Shown here piece after piece: positions 54,558 through 64,000 of a stretch of 64,000 bases of DNA. The first letter of the stretch is position 1. Each line of letters begins with the position of its first letter. The position numbers and the translations under genes are program-made. Below the pieces are notes generated by a model. The model worked only from the letters and a program-made list of their open reading frames with translations, searched no databases and was not told the DNA's origin. The stretch spans positions 192,001 through 256,000 of the forward strand of contig CAWIGG010000005.1 of NCBI GenBank assembly GCA_963835575.1. Reading direction: 5' to 3'. This DNA is from an uncultured Spirochaetota bacterium. GTDB taxonomy: Bacteria > Spirochaetota > Brevinematia > Brevinematales > JAOACQ01.

Positions 54558-55917
54558 TAGAATCCTCCTTTTTTATTCTGCTGAAATCAATTTGCCGTCT
54601 CTCTTTTCTAGAAATTTCTAATTCTTTTTGTTTCAGCCTCGAAAAGAATTCCATAGATGATTGCCTTATGATAGATACTGCTGTCTTTTTTTCTTCTGGA
54701 ATATTGCGGAAAACAGGATTTTTTAAATCCCGCGGAAGTGCAGTCTCTGAATATTTGTTTTCTGAATATATAAATACTTTCGACATATCGAAGGGATCAT
54801 ATCGAACTTCAACTTCAGTCCCAAGAAACACATGATTATTAAGACAATAAGTATTCCCATTCAACTTAATACTCCCGTCGGAAGGGTGGACTTTCCGTTT
54901 TTCCCTATATAAAAATATTTCTGTAATTTCCTCGATACTTTCTATAGTCCTTAATTTAACGTTCTTCATATCATTTGTATATCTGTCAAGCGGAGTAACA
55001 CCAATCGCTTGATGTTCCACTCTGTGGTATTCTATTTCTATCCAAGTCTGCAAAAATGAATTCAACTCATCCAAAGAAGATATATCAGCAAATCTGGCTT
55101 CAGACATAAATTCTTTTTGAATACGTTGAAAGAAGCGCTCAATTTTCCCTTTAGACTGAGGAGAATATGGGAGATGGTGCATGAGCCGGATACCGAGCAT
55201 TGCACAAATTCTGCTTAAATGATAAGTATCAAAAATCTTACCGTTATCAACATACAACGCTTTAGGAATGCCCCGTTTTAAAATCGATTTTTTCAAAGTA
55301 TCCTCGAGTCTTGGCAGTTTCTCATCAAAATAAAATTGTGCATGGGGAATAATCCTGGAATAATCGTCAATAAAAGCAAATAGATAAGTCATTTTTCCAC
55401 TACTGCGAAGAGGTATTCCGTCTGTTATATCAGCTTGCCACAATTCATTAATATGTTCTTTTTCAAATGCATAATTAATTCTTTTTTGGCATAAGTTTCT
55501 TCGATTAAGGCCATTATTTTTAAGTACTCGTGAAATTGTTCTCTCTTTGAGAGGTATATTCTGGAATTCCAGTGAAGATTTCAGTAGTTTCATAATTTGT
55601 CTTGCGCTTCGTTTCGGATCCTCTTCTTTCAGATGTTTGATCTTTTTGATAATATTATCAGAATGTTTTTTTGATTTACCTTTGTCTTTTCTGATTTTAC
55701 GATTTAATCCTTCAAAGCCTTTGGATTCATAACGCTTGATGTAATTCAACAAAGTTTTTGACGTTAATTTTTTCTTTATTGAACCGGGAATATTCTGTTC
55801 CTCATTAACAATATTCCGAATAATATTCTGACGCTCCTTTTTATCTTCTATGTGAATCAACCGTGAAATAAGACCAAATTTAAATAAAGACTTTCTCATT
55901 TTCTCATCATCTTCCAT
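54550..55917 (-). CDS. DDE integrase/transposase (rve core plus Mu-type C-terminal domain)
   Basis: LWQADIT, FIDDYSR, LYVDNGK, KGKIERFF, VEVRYDPFD. Confidence 0.92.
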   Translation of the reverse strand: MEDDEKMRKSLFKFGLISRLIHIEDKKERQNIIRNIVNEEQNIPGSIKKKLTSKTLLNYIKRYESKGFEGLNRKIRKDKGKSKKHSDNIIKKIKHLKEEDPKRSARQIMKLLKSSLEFQNIPLKERTISRVLKNNGLNRRNLCQKRINYAFEKEHINELWQADITDGIPLRSSGKMTYLFAFIDDYSRIIPHAQFYFDEKLPRLEDTLKKSILKRGIPKALYVDNGKIFDTYHLSRICAMLGIRLMHHLPYSPQSKGKIERFFQRIQKEFMSEARFADISSLDELNSFLQTWIEIEYHRVEHQAIGVTPLDRYTNDMKNVKLRTIESIEEITEIFLYREKRKVHPSDGSIKLNGNTYCLNNHVFLGTEVEVRYDPFDMSKVFIYSENKYSETALPRDLKNPVFRNIPEEKKTAVSIIRQSSMEFFSRLKQKELEISRKERRQIDFSRIKKEDSNA

Positions 55918-55991
55918 AAAACATTCTCCAAATTCATTTTATCCATTATAAAAGAAATGTGATATGGAAAAAATCTAATTTTATGTGAAAA

Positions 55992-56609
55992 TTACCCGGA
56001 ATCCAGACTTAAAAGCTTCTTTCCAGAGCAGAAGCTATAAATATAATTCAAAAAATAGTATTTCTCAGACTCAAGAATAGGACCAAAAAGGTACTTTTTG
56101 TGATATATTACACAGAGTTTATCTAAAATGTTAAATAGGATGTTTAATTTATCTATATTAGAATTCTGATCAGGATAAATGTCAGGAATTTTTGTAGAGC
56201 TATCAAGTTCAATTATAAGTTTTGATAAAGTTTTTATTAAATCATCGCATTGTTTCATTAGACAATTGAAATAATTCCGGAAAGTTGAAAGGTTATTAAA
56301 ATGAGTGTCATAATATTTCCAAATAGTTTCTATTTTTTCAAATTTCATATAATGGTTTTGAATCAACCCCAAAAATATGTTAACACATCTTCTTTTTCTG
56401 GAAAGAAGGTATGGCGGAATTACAGAAATTGTTTCACTTTTTTTCCCTGATTCCAAAGGATAATAGAAACGAATAACATCAGTACTAATAGGATATTTTC
56501 TAGGGTATGTGTCATTATATTTATAACCAGGGTGGTCAATTAAAAATCTTTTTTCAACATTTTCTCTTGTATAATCCTCTGGATAAAAATAAAGGCCAAC
56601 TTCTTGCAT
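55992..56609 (-). CDS. Hypothetical protein in the position of DUF6431-type accessory genes
   Basis: Low-GC ORF upstream of the integrase with YPRK...IRFY...TISVIPPYL resembling DUF6431-type proteins; start MQEV inferred. Confidence 0.6.
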   Translation of the reverse strand: MQEVGLYFYPEDYTRENVEKRFLIDHPGYKYNDTYPRKYPISTDVIRFYYPLESGKKSETISVIPPYLLSRKRRCVNIFLGLIQNHYMKFEKIETIWKYYDTHFNNLSTFRNYFNCLMKQCDDLIKTLSKLIIELDSSTKIPDIYPDQNSNIDKLNILFNILDKLCVIYHKKYLFGPILESEKYYFLNYIYSFCSGKKLLSLDSG

Positions 56610-56646
56610 TGATTCCAATCCATCACTTATATTTCCAGTAGCCCAT

Positions 56647-57232
56647 AATGACTGACATTGACAGTCATTTTTCAAGTATTGCTAGTTTGTGTCCTCTGAG
56701 ATGTGATGGATTTAAATCATTCACAGATAAAATCTGTCTTTTTTAAAGCAACTCTGAAATAACAGAATATGATGCTATTTTCATAAAACAATGAAAAATA
56801 ACAACCATCGCTTTTTTCAGACATAATATTAGACATAATGAGGACACAATACTAGCAGCTAAGGGAAATATAAGGTAGGGAATTGGAAACCAATCCCTAA
56901 TTTTGCCGGCAGCAGAAGCTACCGGATTTTTTTAGAAGAGTTATATAATAACCCTTCTCTAAATGACACGTTTTCATAAGAAAAGTGTCTTAAAAATAAA
57001 ATGAAAGCTAGATTATTAAGCTTCCATTTTGTGCTGCTTATAGCAGCAATGTGTCGTAATGCTCAACCATAAGAAAAAGTGAATCGTTTCATAGGTCATA
57101 TTCATTATTTGCTCAACTCAATGTCAACCCGGCATGATATTGTCAAGCTGATTTAAGGGAACAAGAGTCAAGCATTGCAAAAATAATGAGTAAGAATAAA
57201 ACCTATTCCAACAAACCCGTGATTTTCCCTTA
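56647..57232 (-). ncRNA. Candidate large structured non-coding RNA/leader
   Basis: More than 10 stems including long-range closing helices; most plus-strand mismatches are C.A (G.U on minus). Confidence 0.5.
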
Positions 57233-57370
57233 ATTACACAGGAAACTGACTAACGACGTAATTAAATTATCGGTTTTGACCAAAAGGATTATTAGATCAT
57301 ATTGATTACATTAAAAGTTAAATATCCCGAATAGACATGTTCGACAGAAGTAATAATATGGATTTATATT

Positions 57371-58078
57371 TTAACTTCTAAATAAAGTAATAGATTCACT
57401 AAAGTAATTAGCATTAGGGATTATTTGTTTCCATATTTTATCATTTGTAGATGAAGTTGGTATTGAAAATACACCTGAAGCTCCTATTACATAACTCCAT
57501 TTGTTTGAAGGAAGTTCACCAACACCTCTTATATAGAATACTAAATTTTTCTTAAAACCTAATGCTTTCTTTGTGTCTTTTACTAGAATAGCACTCGGAA
57601 TATTTCTTGTTTTTAGAAGCACAATTGCAGGAAGAGGAGATCTAATTAACAGTTCGCCTATAATAGGAGGAAGGTCTCCTTTTATTTTTACTTTCTTGTC
57701 ATCAATAATAGTATCATTTTCCAATTGTTTTAAAAGATCAAACTTATTAAAATCAGGAGTTCTGCATATATCAAAATCATCAAGATATATTGATCCATCA
57801 ATATTTCTTTCTTCACTCGTTTCCTCTGTCAAGTACTTATTTACCATATCGTAAATCAATTTCAGAGCTGTATCAGTATTATCAGTATTTATATTTACTT
57901 GTAAAAGATTTAAATAATTTTTTAAATCTTCAATATCCCAGATAACACTGTATTTCCTATCCATTACATAACCCGAGGTTTCTCCATAGCTCTTCTTTTG
58001 AACATCTGTCCAAAAAGCCAAAGCGGCGATATCAATAATTAATCTTGGTTCAATTTGAGATTCCATGAATTCCTCCAA
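57371..58078 (-). CDS. Low-GC hypothetical protein
   Basis: ~230-aa ORF, SD GGAGG before MESQ. Confidence 0.65.
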   Translation of the reverse strand: MEEFMESQIEPRLIIDIAALAFWTDVQKKSYGETSGYVMDRKYSVIWDIEDLKNYLNLLQVNINTDNTDTALKLIYDMVNKYLTEETSEERNIDGSIYLDDFDICRTPDFNKFDLLKQLENDTIIDDKKVKIKGDLPPIIGELLIRSPLPAIVLLKTRNIPSAILVKDTKKALGFKKNLVFYIRGVGELPSNKWSYVIGASGVFSIPTSSTNDKIWKQIIPNANYFSESITLFRS

Positions 58079-58562
58079 TTAGAGATTAATTATAATTATA
58101 GCTTAAAATAATGATTTAAATAAATCAATAGTGGATTGTTTTTTGATAAGACACAAAACAGTTAAGACTTGAATTTTTAATTTTACATAAAAGATTGGTT
58201 AAAATTAATGATAATCAATAAATTTCCCATCTTCGAAAATTGTGATTGATTCAATTAATTTTGTATTATCATTAATCTGATTTTCAATATAGATTCTACC
58301 ATTACTCAAATGATATTCAAATATATATTCGATATTATCTTTTAAGCTATATTTATTAGCAATGTTTTTAATACTTTTTTTATTTCAAAAAAATTTCTTT
58401 CCCTTTAAACAGGGCTGTTTCCCCTAATCCTCAATATGTGATTTGCATTTTTGTTGCATCTTATTTGCAATTTTAGAGTAAATATTTTACACTTGAAACA
58501 GCCGTACTGATTCGCTTTAAAATAACAATATGCCTCCCAGGCAGAAATTGGTAAAAAAAAAG

Positions 58563-58964
58563 ATGTCACATTTAAAATTTGTCAGTAAAGTATATAAACC
58601 TGCCCGCAGTTTATTCAAGGTATATTTTAAGAAAATTGTCCTTTTATTTACTTTTATTGCATTTATTTCGATTTCCGTATTTTCACATCACACTCACCAT
58701 AATGAGGATCTTCAAATAAAGAATAACAGCGCCTGTTGTCTTAAAGCGCAAAGCGAGTCTCTTCAAGACAAAGATGGAGATTTTTGTATCGCCTGTTTCT
58801 GGCAGAGCATTGCCCAATCGACAGGCATTTTTGACAAGATCGTGTTAACCTATGAAAATCCTGTCTCAAATATTTTCAAACCGTTACTGAATTTCCATTC
58901 TGAAAAAATTATTTTATCATTCCAGAACAGGGCTCCTCCAACCCGGACTTTTACCGGTTGTTAA
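58563..58964 (+). CDS. DUF2946-like leader peptide (His-rich, CxxC, C-terminal RAPP)
   Basis: TM segment, SHHTHH, CIAC, QNRAPP near the C-terminus. Confidence 0.7.
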   Translation: MSHLKFVSKVYKPARSLFKVYFKKIVLLFTFIAFISISVFSHHTHHNEDLQIKNNSACCLKAQSESLQDKDGDFCIACFWQSIAQSTGIFDKIVLTYENPVSNIFKPLLNFHSEKIILSFQNRAPPTRTFTGC

Positions 58965-59119
58965 AAAAAAATCAATGAATATTTTACTTTTTTGTGTTGT
59001 CTAATGGCTAACTTCAAGATCTTTCAATAGTGTTGGAGGAACACTGAATAAAAAAAGTAATGGATTAAGGCTTTTTTTTAATGGCCTTTCCCTGATAATT
59101 ATTATGGAGGAATAACCCT

Positions 59120-60436
59120 ATGAAAAGAAATATGATCGTTTTTACTGTCGCCGGCATCATGATGTTTTCAGTTCTGTTTACTGGATGCGCCGCAAAAAAG
59201 CAGCCGTTCGGGTTTCATGCCCTAAAAATAAACGGCCGGTTCGTGGAAGTTTCCGTTTTCAGTGAGGAATACGCCCGTTATTACGAAAATAATAAGAGAA
59301 ACGCCCGGGTGATGCGGATGCCGGATAACGAGCGCAGAGCAGCGGTCCTTGATAATGTCATTGAAAGGGAGATTGAAGAAAATTATATCACAAACCGCAG
59401 GGATATAGAAGTTACGGACAATGAAGTGACGGATTTTCTCGACCGTTATGTCAAGCCGGGCATGTTTATGGATATCGATGAGGATGAGCCGGTCCCCTTG
59501 AGTTTTCATGATGCTGCCGTCAGCCAGAAGGTGTTTTCCTCTATAAAACCCTATCTGCTGAGGCTGAAAATCATACCTGAAATAGCCTCAAAGTATAATA
59601 TTAAAGCCGACCCAAAAGAGGTTAGAGAGGAATATAAGCGGCAGCTTAAGAATAATTACCTTGTCTTCGGGAGGCATATAGTCCTGCCGAAGGGGCAGAT
59701 GAAGCTCGCCGGCGAGCTCGCTGAAAAGATGAAGAAAGAATCCGATGTAATGGACCTTGTCAGGAGATATTCCATCGATGCTGACACGAAAGATAAAGGC
59801 GGGGCAATGGGAAATATCGCACAGGCCTTGATAACGCCCGATTTCGCGAAAAAGATGCAGTCCGTCAGGCCCGGCGATGTCATCAAGCCGTTCCAGGCCG
59901 CATACGGAATAGAGATCATCCGGATCGATGATGTCATCCATTTTAATCACCCTGAAAATGAGATTGAAAAAATCATTCTAATGCGAAATTTTCACTCTTC
60001 CCCGGTTTATCATGATTGGATGGATTCTCTGAAAGCTGGTGTTAAAATAGAAATCACCGATCCGGTTTTAAAAGCATACTATCTTTTCAAAACCGGAAAA
60101 TACGCGGATGCCGCTCCGCTGTTCATTAAATTATATCAGTCCGGAAAATCCCGCGATGAACTGGAACTGGCAATAGTCTGCTTTATAAAAGCCGGTAACG
60201 GGAAAGAGCTTGTCCGCTGGAGCGGGGAAGGATTGAGGGTGTTTCCCGGGTTCAGTCTGAACTATTATTTATCCCAGGCTTCCGGTTTCATGATGCTTCA
60301 AAAAACAAACGAGTGCCTCCTGGCCATGAAAAACGCGGAGAAAGCGGCCGGTGATGCAATCCTGAAAGAAATAGCCGATCAATATTTTGATTTAGGATTG
60401 ACTAATGAAGGAAGCAAATATACAAACAGGCGATAA
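59120..60436 (+). CDS. Lipoprotein PpiC/SurA-type peptidyl-prolyl isomerase with TPR-like tail
   Basis: Lipobox FTGC; RHIVL, YSIDADTKDKGGAMG, YGIEIIRI. Confidence 0.78.
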   Translation: MKRNMIVFTVAGIMMFSVLFTGCAAKKQPFGFHALKINGRFVEVSVFSEEYARYYENNKRNARVMRMPDNERRAAVLDNVIEREIEENYITNRRDIEVTDNEVTDFLDRYVKPGMFMDIDEDEPVPLSFHDAAVSQKVFSSIKPYLLRLKIIPEIASKYNIKADPKEVREEYKRQLKNNYLVFGRHIVLPKGQMKLAGELAEKMKKESDVMDLVRRYSIDADTKDKGGAMGNIAQALITPDFAKKMQSVRPGDVIKPFQAAYGIEIIRIDDVIHFNHPENEIEKIILMRNFHSSPVYHDWMDSLKAGVKIEITDPVLKAYYLFKTGKYADAAPLFIKLYQSGKSRDELELAIVCFIKAGNGKELVRWSGEGLRVFPGFSLNYYLSQASGFMMLQKTNECLLAMKNAEKAAGDAILKEIADQYFDLGLTNEGSKYTNRR

Positions 60437-60486
60437 TATCCGGCTGAACTCATGCCGTTCCAAGAGGAGGTCAGGAATGGCGGGTT

Positions 60487-60807
60487 TTAAAACGTTAAAG
60501 TTTTATCCGCCCATTCAACCATTTTTACACAATCTATCATTGTTGATATAGGGCAAGCCTCAGAGCCTTCCATATTTCTTGATTTTAAACATGTACCGCA
60601 AGCTAGTATTTCACCACCCTCCTGGAGAAACTTTTTTAACTGTTCATCAACATTGAATTTTTCATGAGTTAATCCTTCACATTCGACCGCTTCACCCATA
60701 AGAAAGACTTTAACTTCATGCCCGTTCTTTTTTGACGTTACGGCAAAACGGAAAGCATTCCAGGCTTTTTCAAATTCTTTGGTTTCAAGAATAATCCCAA
60801 ATTTCAT
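60487..60807 (-). CDS. DsrE-family protein
   Basis: AWNAFRFA, VFLMGEAV, LACGTCLKSR. Confidence 0.85.
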   Translation of the reverse strand: MKFGIILETKEFEKAWNAFRFAVTSKKNGHEVKVFLMGEAVECEGLTHEKFNVDEQLKKFLQEGGEILACGTCLKSRNMEGSEACPISTMIDCVKMVEWADKTLTF

Positions 60808-60890
60808 ACTTTACTCCTATGCTCATTATAAAATAAGATGCTGTCTTATTGATAGCATCTTAATATGTTAATCTTTCCTGAAATCATTGA

Positions 60891-62165
60891 TCAATAAGCA
60901 GGCGTTGGAACGTTTTCCCAGGCTGTCGCTTTTTTAACAATTTTCAGGTTTATGATTTCACCTGTTCTCGTATCAATATCAGCAAAAAAAGAAGGTGTCT
61001 TAACGGTGTCAAATGCCAACAGCTGCCTTCCTTGAATATGTTTCATGCTGCTATTTTGCACTTCCGTAAAGATCACTCTTCTGTAAGGACAATTATCGCA
61101 ATCCAAAGACGGGTCGTTGATGCCCAGCGGACAATGATGCCTCCTTGCGACTTTGGGATCGACATGATTCATTTGAGCCATATTCAATACCGGCGATGCC
61201 CTTAAATGCTGGAAGGGATGTAAAATCCAGTCGTTTATCAAAGAAACAGTGTGATGCTGTTTGAATAAGTGATAATTTTCCTCGGTATCGGCTATCATGC
61301 CCTGCATGATATAATCAACGGGCATGAGATAGCCCAGGTACTCTTTATTGTTATCCAATGGATCGAGCTTTCCGTTATTATGGTCGTTTTCTATTTCCAG
61401 GGCGACAGCCGGCATTAATGCCGAATCTTCAGGCAGCATCGATACCAGGCTGAAATTATTCTTAACATCGATTGCAATGGAGTTCAAGGTAATATTATAA
61501 AGCGCAAAACCTGAAATCATAACGATAAGTATAAGCAATAAAGAAACACTTATGTTTTTTATGATTTTATTCGGGATCAATGCATCAACAGGCTTGAACC
61601 ATTTATCGATGAACTTTGGGAAAAACATACCCGTATTTTCCATATATTTCATATAGCTGTCCCCGTACTGGCTGAGCATCCGCCGTTCCTCATCTTTCGC
61701 GAGGAAATAATACAGGATAAGCATAATGGATAATGTCGCCAGAACAATAAATCTCGGCCACAATATGCTCATGCCGATCCCCCACAGGGCGAGTGAAAGA
61801 TACTGCGGATGCCGGATTATTTTATATATCCCCTTGTCCGCAATACCCCATTTAAATATTTTTCCCAGATAAACCTGCAGCGCGCAGATTATGAAAGATA
61901 CAAAGCCGAGAACAAATAGAATGGAGCCGCTGACACGGATAATTTTCAAGAAAAGGGTCGGCGGCAATATCATATGAGGCAAAAAGAAGGAAGTAAGCCA
62001 CCTGGTTGCCGGGAATTGCCCCAGCCAGTTAAAAACCGGATTAAACACGGAGTAAAAGAAAAACGCGAACGGACTTATCATGATCATAATTTCAAAAGCC
62101 ATGATAAAAAACACGATTATACCGCCGCGGGCTATAATCCTGGCGATAATCCCTTTGTTGTTCAT
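60891..62165 (-). CDS. ICMT/PEMT-family membrane methyltransferase with C-terminal extension
   Basis: GIYKIIRHPQY, EERRM..QYGDSY..Y. Confidence 0.75.
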   Translation of the reverse strand: MNNKGIIARIIARGGIIVFFIMAFEIMIMISPFAFFFYSVFNPVFNWLGQFPATRWLTSFFLPHMILPPTLFLKIIRVSGSILFVLGFVSFIICALQVYLGKIFKWGIADKGIYKIIRHPQYLSLALWGIGMSILWPRFIVLATLSIMLILYYFLAKDEERRMLSQYGDSYMKYMENTGMFFPKFIDKWFKPVDALIPNKIIKNISVSLLLILIVMISGFALYNITLNSIAIDVKNNFSLVSMLPEDSALMPAVALEIENDHNNGKLDPLDNNKEYLGYLMPVDYIMQGMIADTEENYHLFKQHHTVSLINDWILHPFQHLRASPVLNMAQMNHVDPKVARRHHCPLGINDPSLDCDNCPYRRVIFTEVQNSSMKHIQGRQLLAFDTVKTPSFFADIDTRTGEIINLKIVKKATAWENVPTPAY

Positions 62166-62201
62166 ACGAAACCTCCTGAAATTTAATAACAATATTGCAG
62201 C

Positions 62202-62590
62202 TTATTTTGATAATTTCATGAAAGAAGTCCATGTAATATATATACCCATCATTATTACAAATAAACCGAATGCAAATCTGAGATAATTGGTATTTATTTT
62301 CAAAGCGATCCTGGAAAAAAACCAGGCGGAAATAAGAAGCGTGATCGCTATTATTATTGCGGCCCTAATGTCAACGTTGCCGTTCCGGTAGTATTCAATA
62401 GCGGAAGCAATACTGACCGGCAATAAAAGGATAAAGAGGTTTGTCCCTGTCGCCGTCTGCTGTGAGAAGCCGACAAGTATACCAAAGCCGGTATAATAAT
62501 TAACCCTCCCGCAAGACCAAAGAAACCGGTTACAGCACCCGAGACCGCTCCGATCAGTATAAATAAAGGAATAGACGCTTGAAAACTCAT
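62202..62590 (-). pseudogene. TauE/SafE-family (half-size) permease, frameshifted near 62475
   Basis: GFFGLAGGLIIIPALVY then, in the other frame, GFSQQTATGTNL...LPVSIASAIEYY. Confidence 0.75.
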
Positions 62591-62613
62591 TATTTGCCTC
62601 TATATTATAATAT

Positions 62614-63897
62614 GGGCGGTTTTAAAAACCGCCTAATTTATCAACACTTCCCTGATAATAGAAAATATTTTAAAAATATTTCTGCCAACAGGTTAAAAAC
62701 TGTTTCTATTACCAAAATTCAGCCAAACACGGGCAATATTATCCATATCTTCTGTATTTTAAGCCGCACAAGACGCAATTCGACCTTTTACCACAACATA
62801 CCGTGCTAAATTATAAACCAGATTCATCAGCCCGATTTGGCTCTCTGCCCTTTCTTTTCCTATCGATCGTATTGTACTGCCGTTCATACTATTTTCAACA
62901 AAACCAAAAACATGCTCAACACGAACTCGGATGCGGCTCTTTCTTCTATTTTTTTCTTTCTGCTTCTCCGTCAATGGCTTATTTCTGTATCCTTTTTCGT
63001 GAATCCGGTTTTTCATCTCAAATTTTTCTAATATTCCTGCTACCGTTGGGCCAACATATGCGCTGTCCGCGTAAAACGGCTTCCCTTTGTCTTTCTCATT
63101 CAATAGAGGTTCAACTACCTGTGAATCGTGAACGCTCGCATCTGTCGTGACATAAGAACGAATAAGTTTTGACTTCACATCAACCTTTGTATGGTTTTTG
63201 TATCCGTAATGCCTCTCTTTATTCTTGGTCATCCAGCGCGCATCCGTGTCTTTATGGGAAAGCTTATGCGTATTATCTTTCCAATCTTCCGGAACCTCGC
63301 CTTCTTTTATTTTCTTGTTTTCTTCGCGGCTGTTCCTCTGCCGGGGAACATCCACAAAACTTGCGTCTACCATAACGCCCGCTTTCCCTATCACACCTTT
63401 ATTCTCAAGATTCTCATCGAATATTTTAAAAAGTTTCTCTATTGCTTTCGCTTTCGTCAGTTTTTCCTTGAATTCCCAGATTTTACTGTAGTCCGGAACT
63501 TTGTCCGAAAGTGTTATCCCAAGATATCGCTGAACGGATAACCTGTCATTGATCTGAAATTCCGCTTGCTCATCGGAAAGATTGTAATACCTCTGGAATA
63601 TCAGTATCTTGAACATGAAAACATAGTCATAATGTGGCGCTCCGCCCGGCGCCTTCTGCTCTTTCGGCGCCAAAATCTCTGTTAACAGCGGCCGGAACAT
63701 CTCAAAGTCTACAACCCTGTTAAGCTTATCCAGCGGTGTTTTTACGCCGCTTAGCTTTTCCATCCGCTCCTGATATTCAAACAAGTTACGGTCTTTCCGC
63801 TTAATTTTTGTCATAGCCTTACCTCTGTTTTCTTTGACTATGATTATATGTTTTTATATACTATTTGTATATGATACGTGGGTTTTTCAAACCGCCC
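62614..63897 (-). mobile_element. IS5-family insertion sequence, copy 2 (1284 bp)
   Basis: Same IRs as copy 1, 4-bp TSD ATAT. Confidence 0.95.
62759..63814 (-). CDS. IS5-family transposase
   Basis: Protein identical to 18589-19644. Confidence 0.95.
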   Translation of the reverse strand: MTKIKRKDRNLFEYQERMEKLSGVKTPLDKLNRVVDFEMFRPLLTEILAPKEQKAPGGAPHYDYVFMFKILIFQRYYNLSDEQAEFQINDRLSVQRYLGITLSDKVPDYSKIWEFKEKLTKAKAIEKLFKIFDENLENKGVIGKAGVMVDASFVDVPRQRNSREENKKIKEGEVPEDWKDNTHKLSHKDTDARWMTKNKERHYGYKNHTKVDVKSKLIRSYVTTDASVHDSQVVEPLLNEKDKGKPFYADSAYVGPTVAGILEKFEMKNRIHEKGYRNKPLTEKQKEKNRRKSRIRVRVEHVFGFVENSMNGSTIRSIGKERAESQIGLMNLVYNLARYVVVKGRIASCAA

Positions 63898-64000
63898 ATA
63901 TAATAATATAATCTCAAATAAAGATGCAATATTAAAAATATATATTTAACATATAAAGTATGCCGGGGATTTTAAATTTCGATCGTATTCCCTGTAAAAT

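Noticed and set aside
53760..55917. CAST or Tn7 system
   Set aside because: No TniQ/TnsD, TnsA, cas genes or array in the window

Overview
Bacterial chromosomal window; the gene repertoire (lipoproteins, sugar-binding-domain/GGDEF fusion, SH3/WG and BspA-LRR proteins) suggests a free-living spirochaete, which is inference only. 1-12.3 kb: minus-strand ABC/LolA-like export operon with its regulators, a TPR protein, rpsA-like, hisF, accB and an aminotransferase. 12.4-24.5 kb: phosphorolytic cellodextrin/cellobiose locus (sugar-sensing GGDEF, GH94 cellodextrin phosphorylase, IS-disrupted PfkB kinase, GH1, GH94 cellobiose phosphorylase). 24.7-26.6 kb: class IIC group II intron behind a terminator. 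27-36 kb: rpmF-plsX-fabG-fabF-rnc-yicC-gmk and ppdK. 36-58 kb: accessory mosaic with IS5-, IS1182- and IS66-family elements, several MITE/REP families, surface lipoproteins and a low-GC DDE-integrase/ExeA-ATPase element. That element carries a nucleotidyltransferase and is preceded by a ~600-nt densely base-paired non-coding region with a minus-strand wobble bias, the top candidate for a new system. 58.5-64 kb: RAPP-type leader peptide plus PPIase, DsrE/PEMT/TauE genes and a second IS5 copy.
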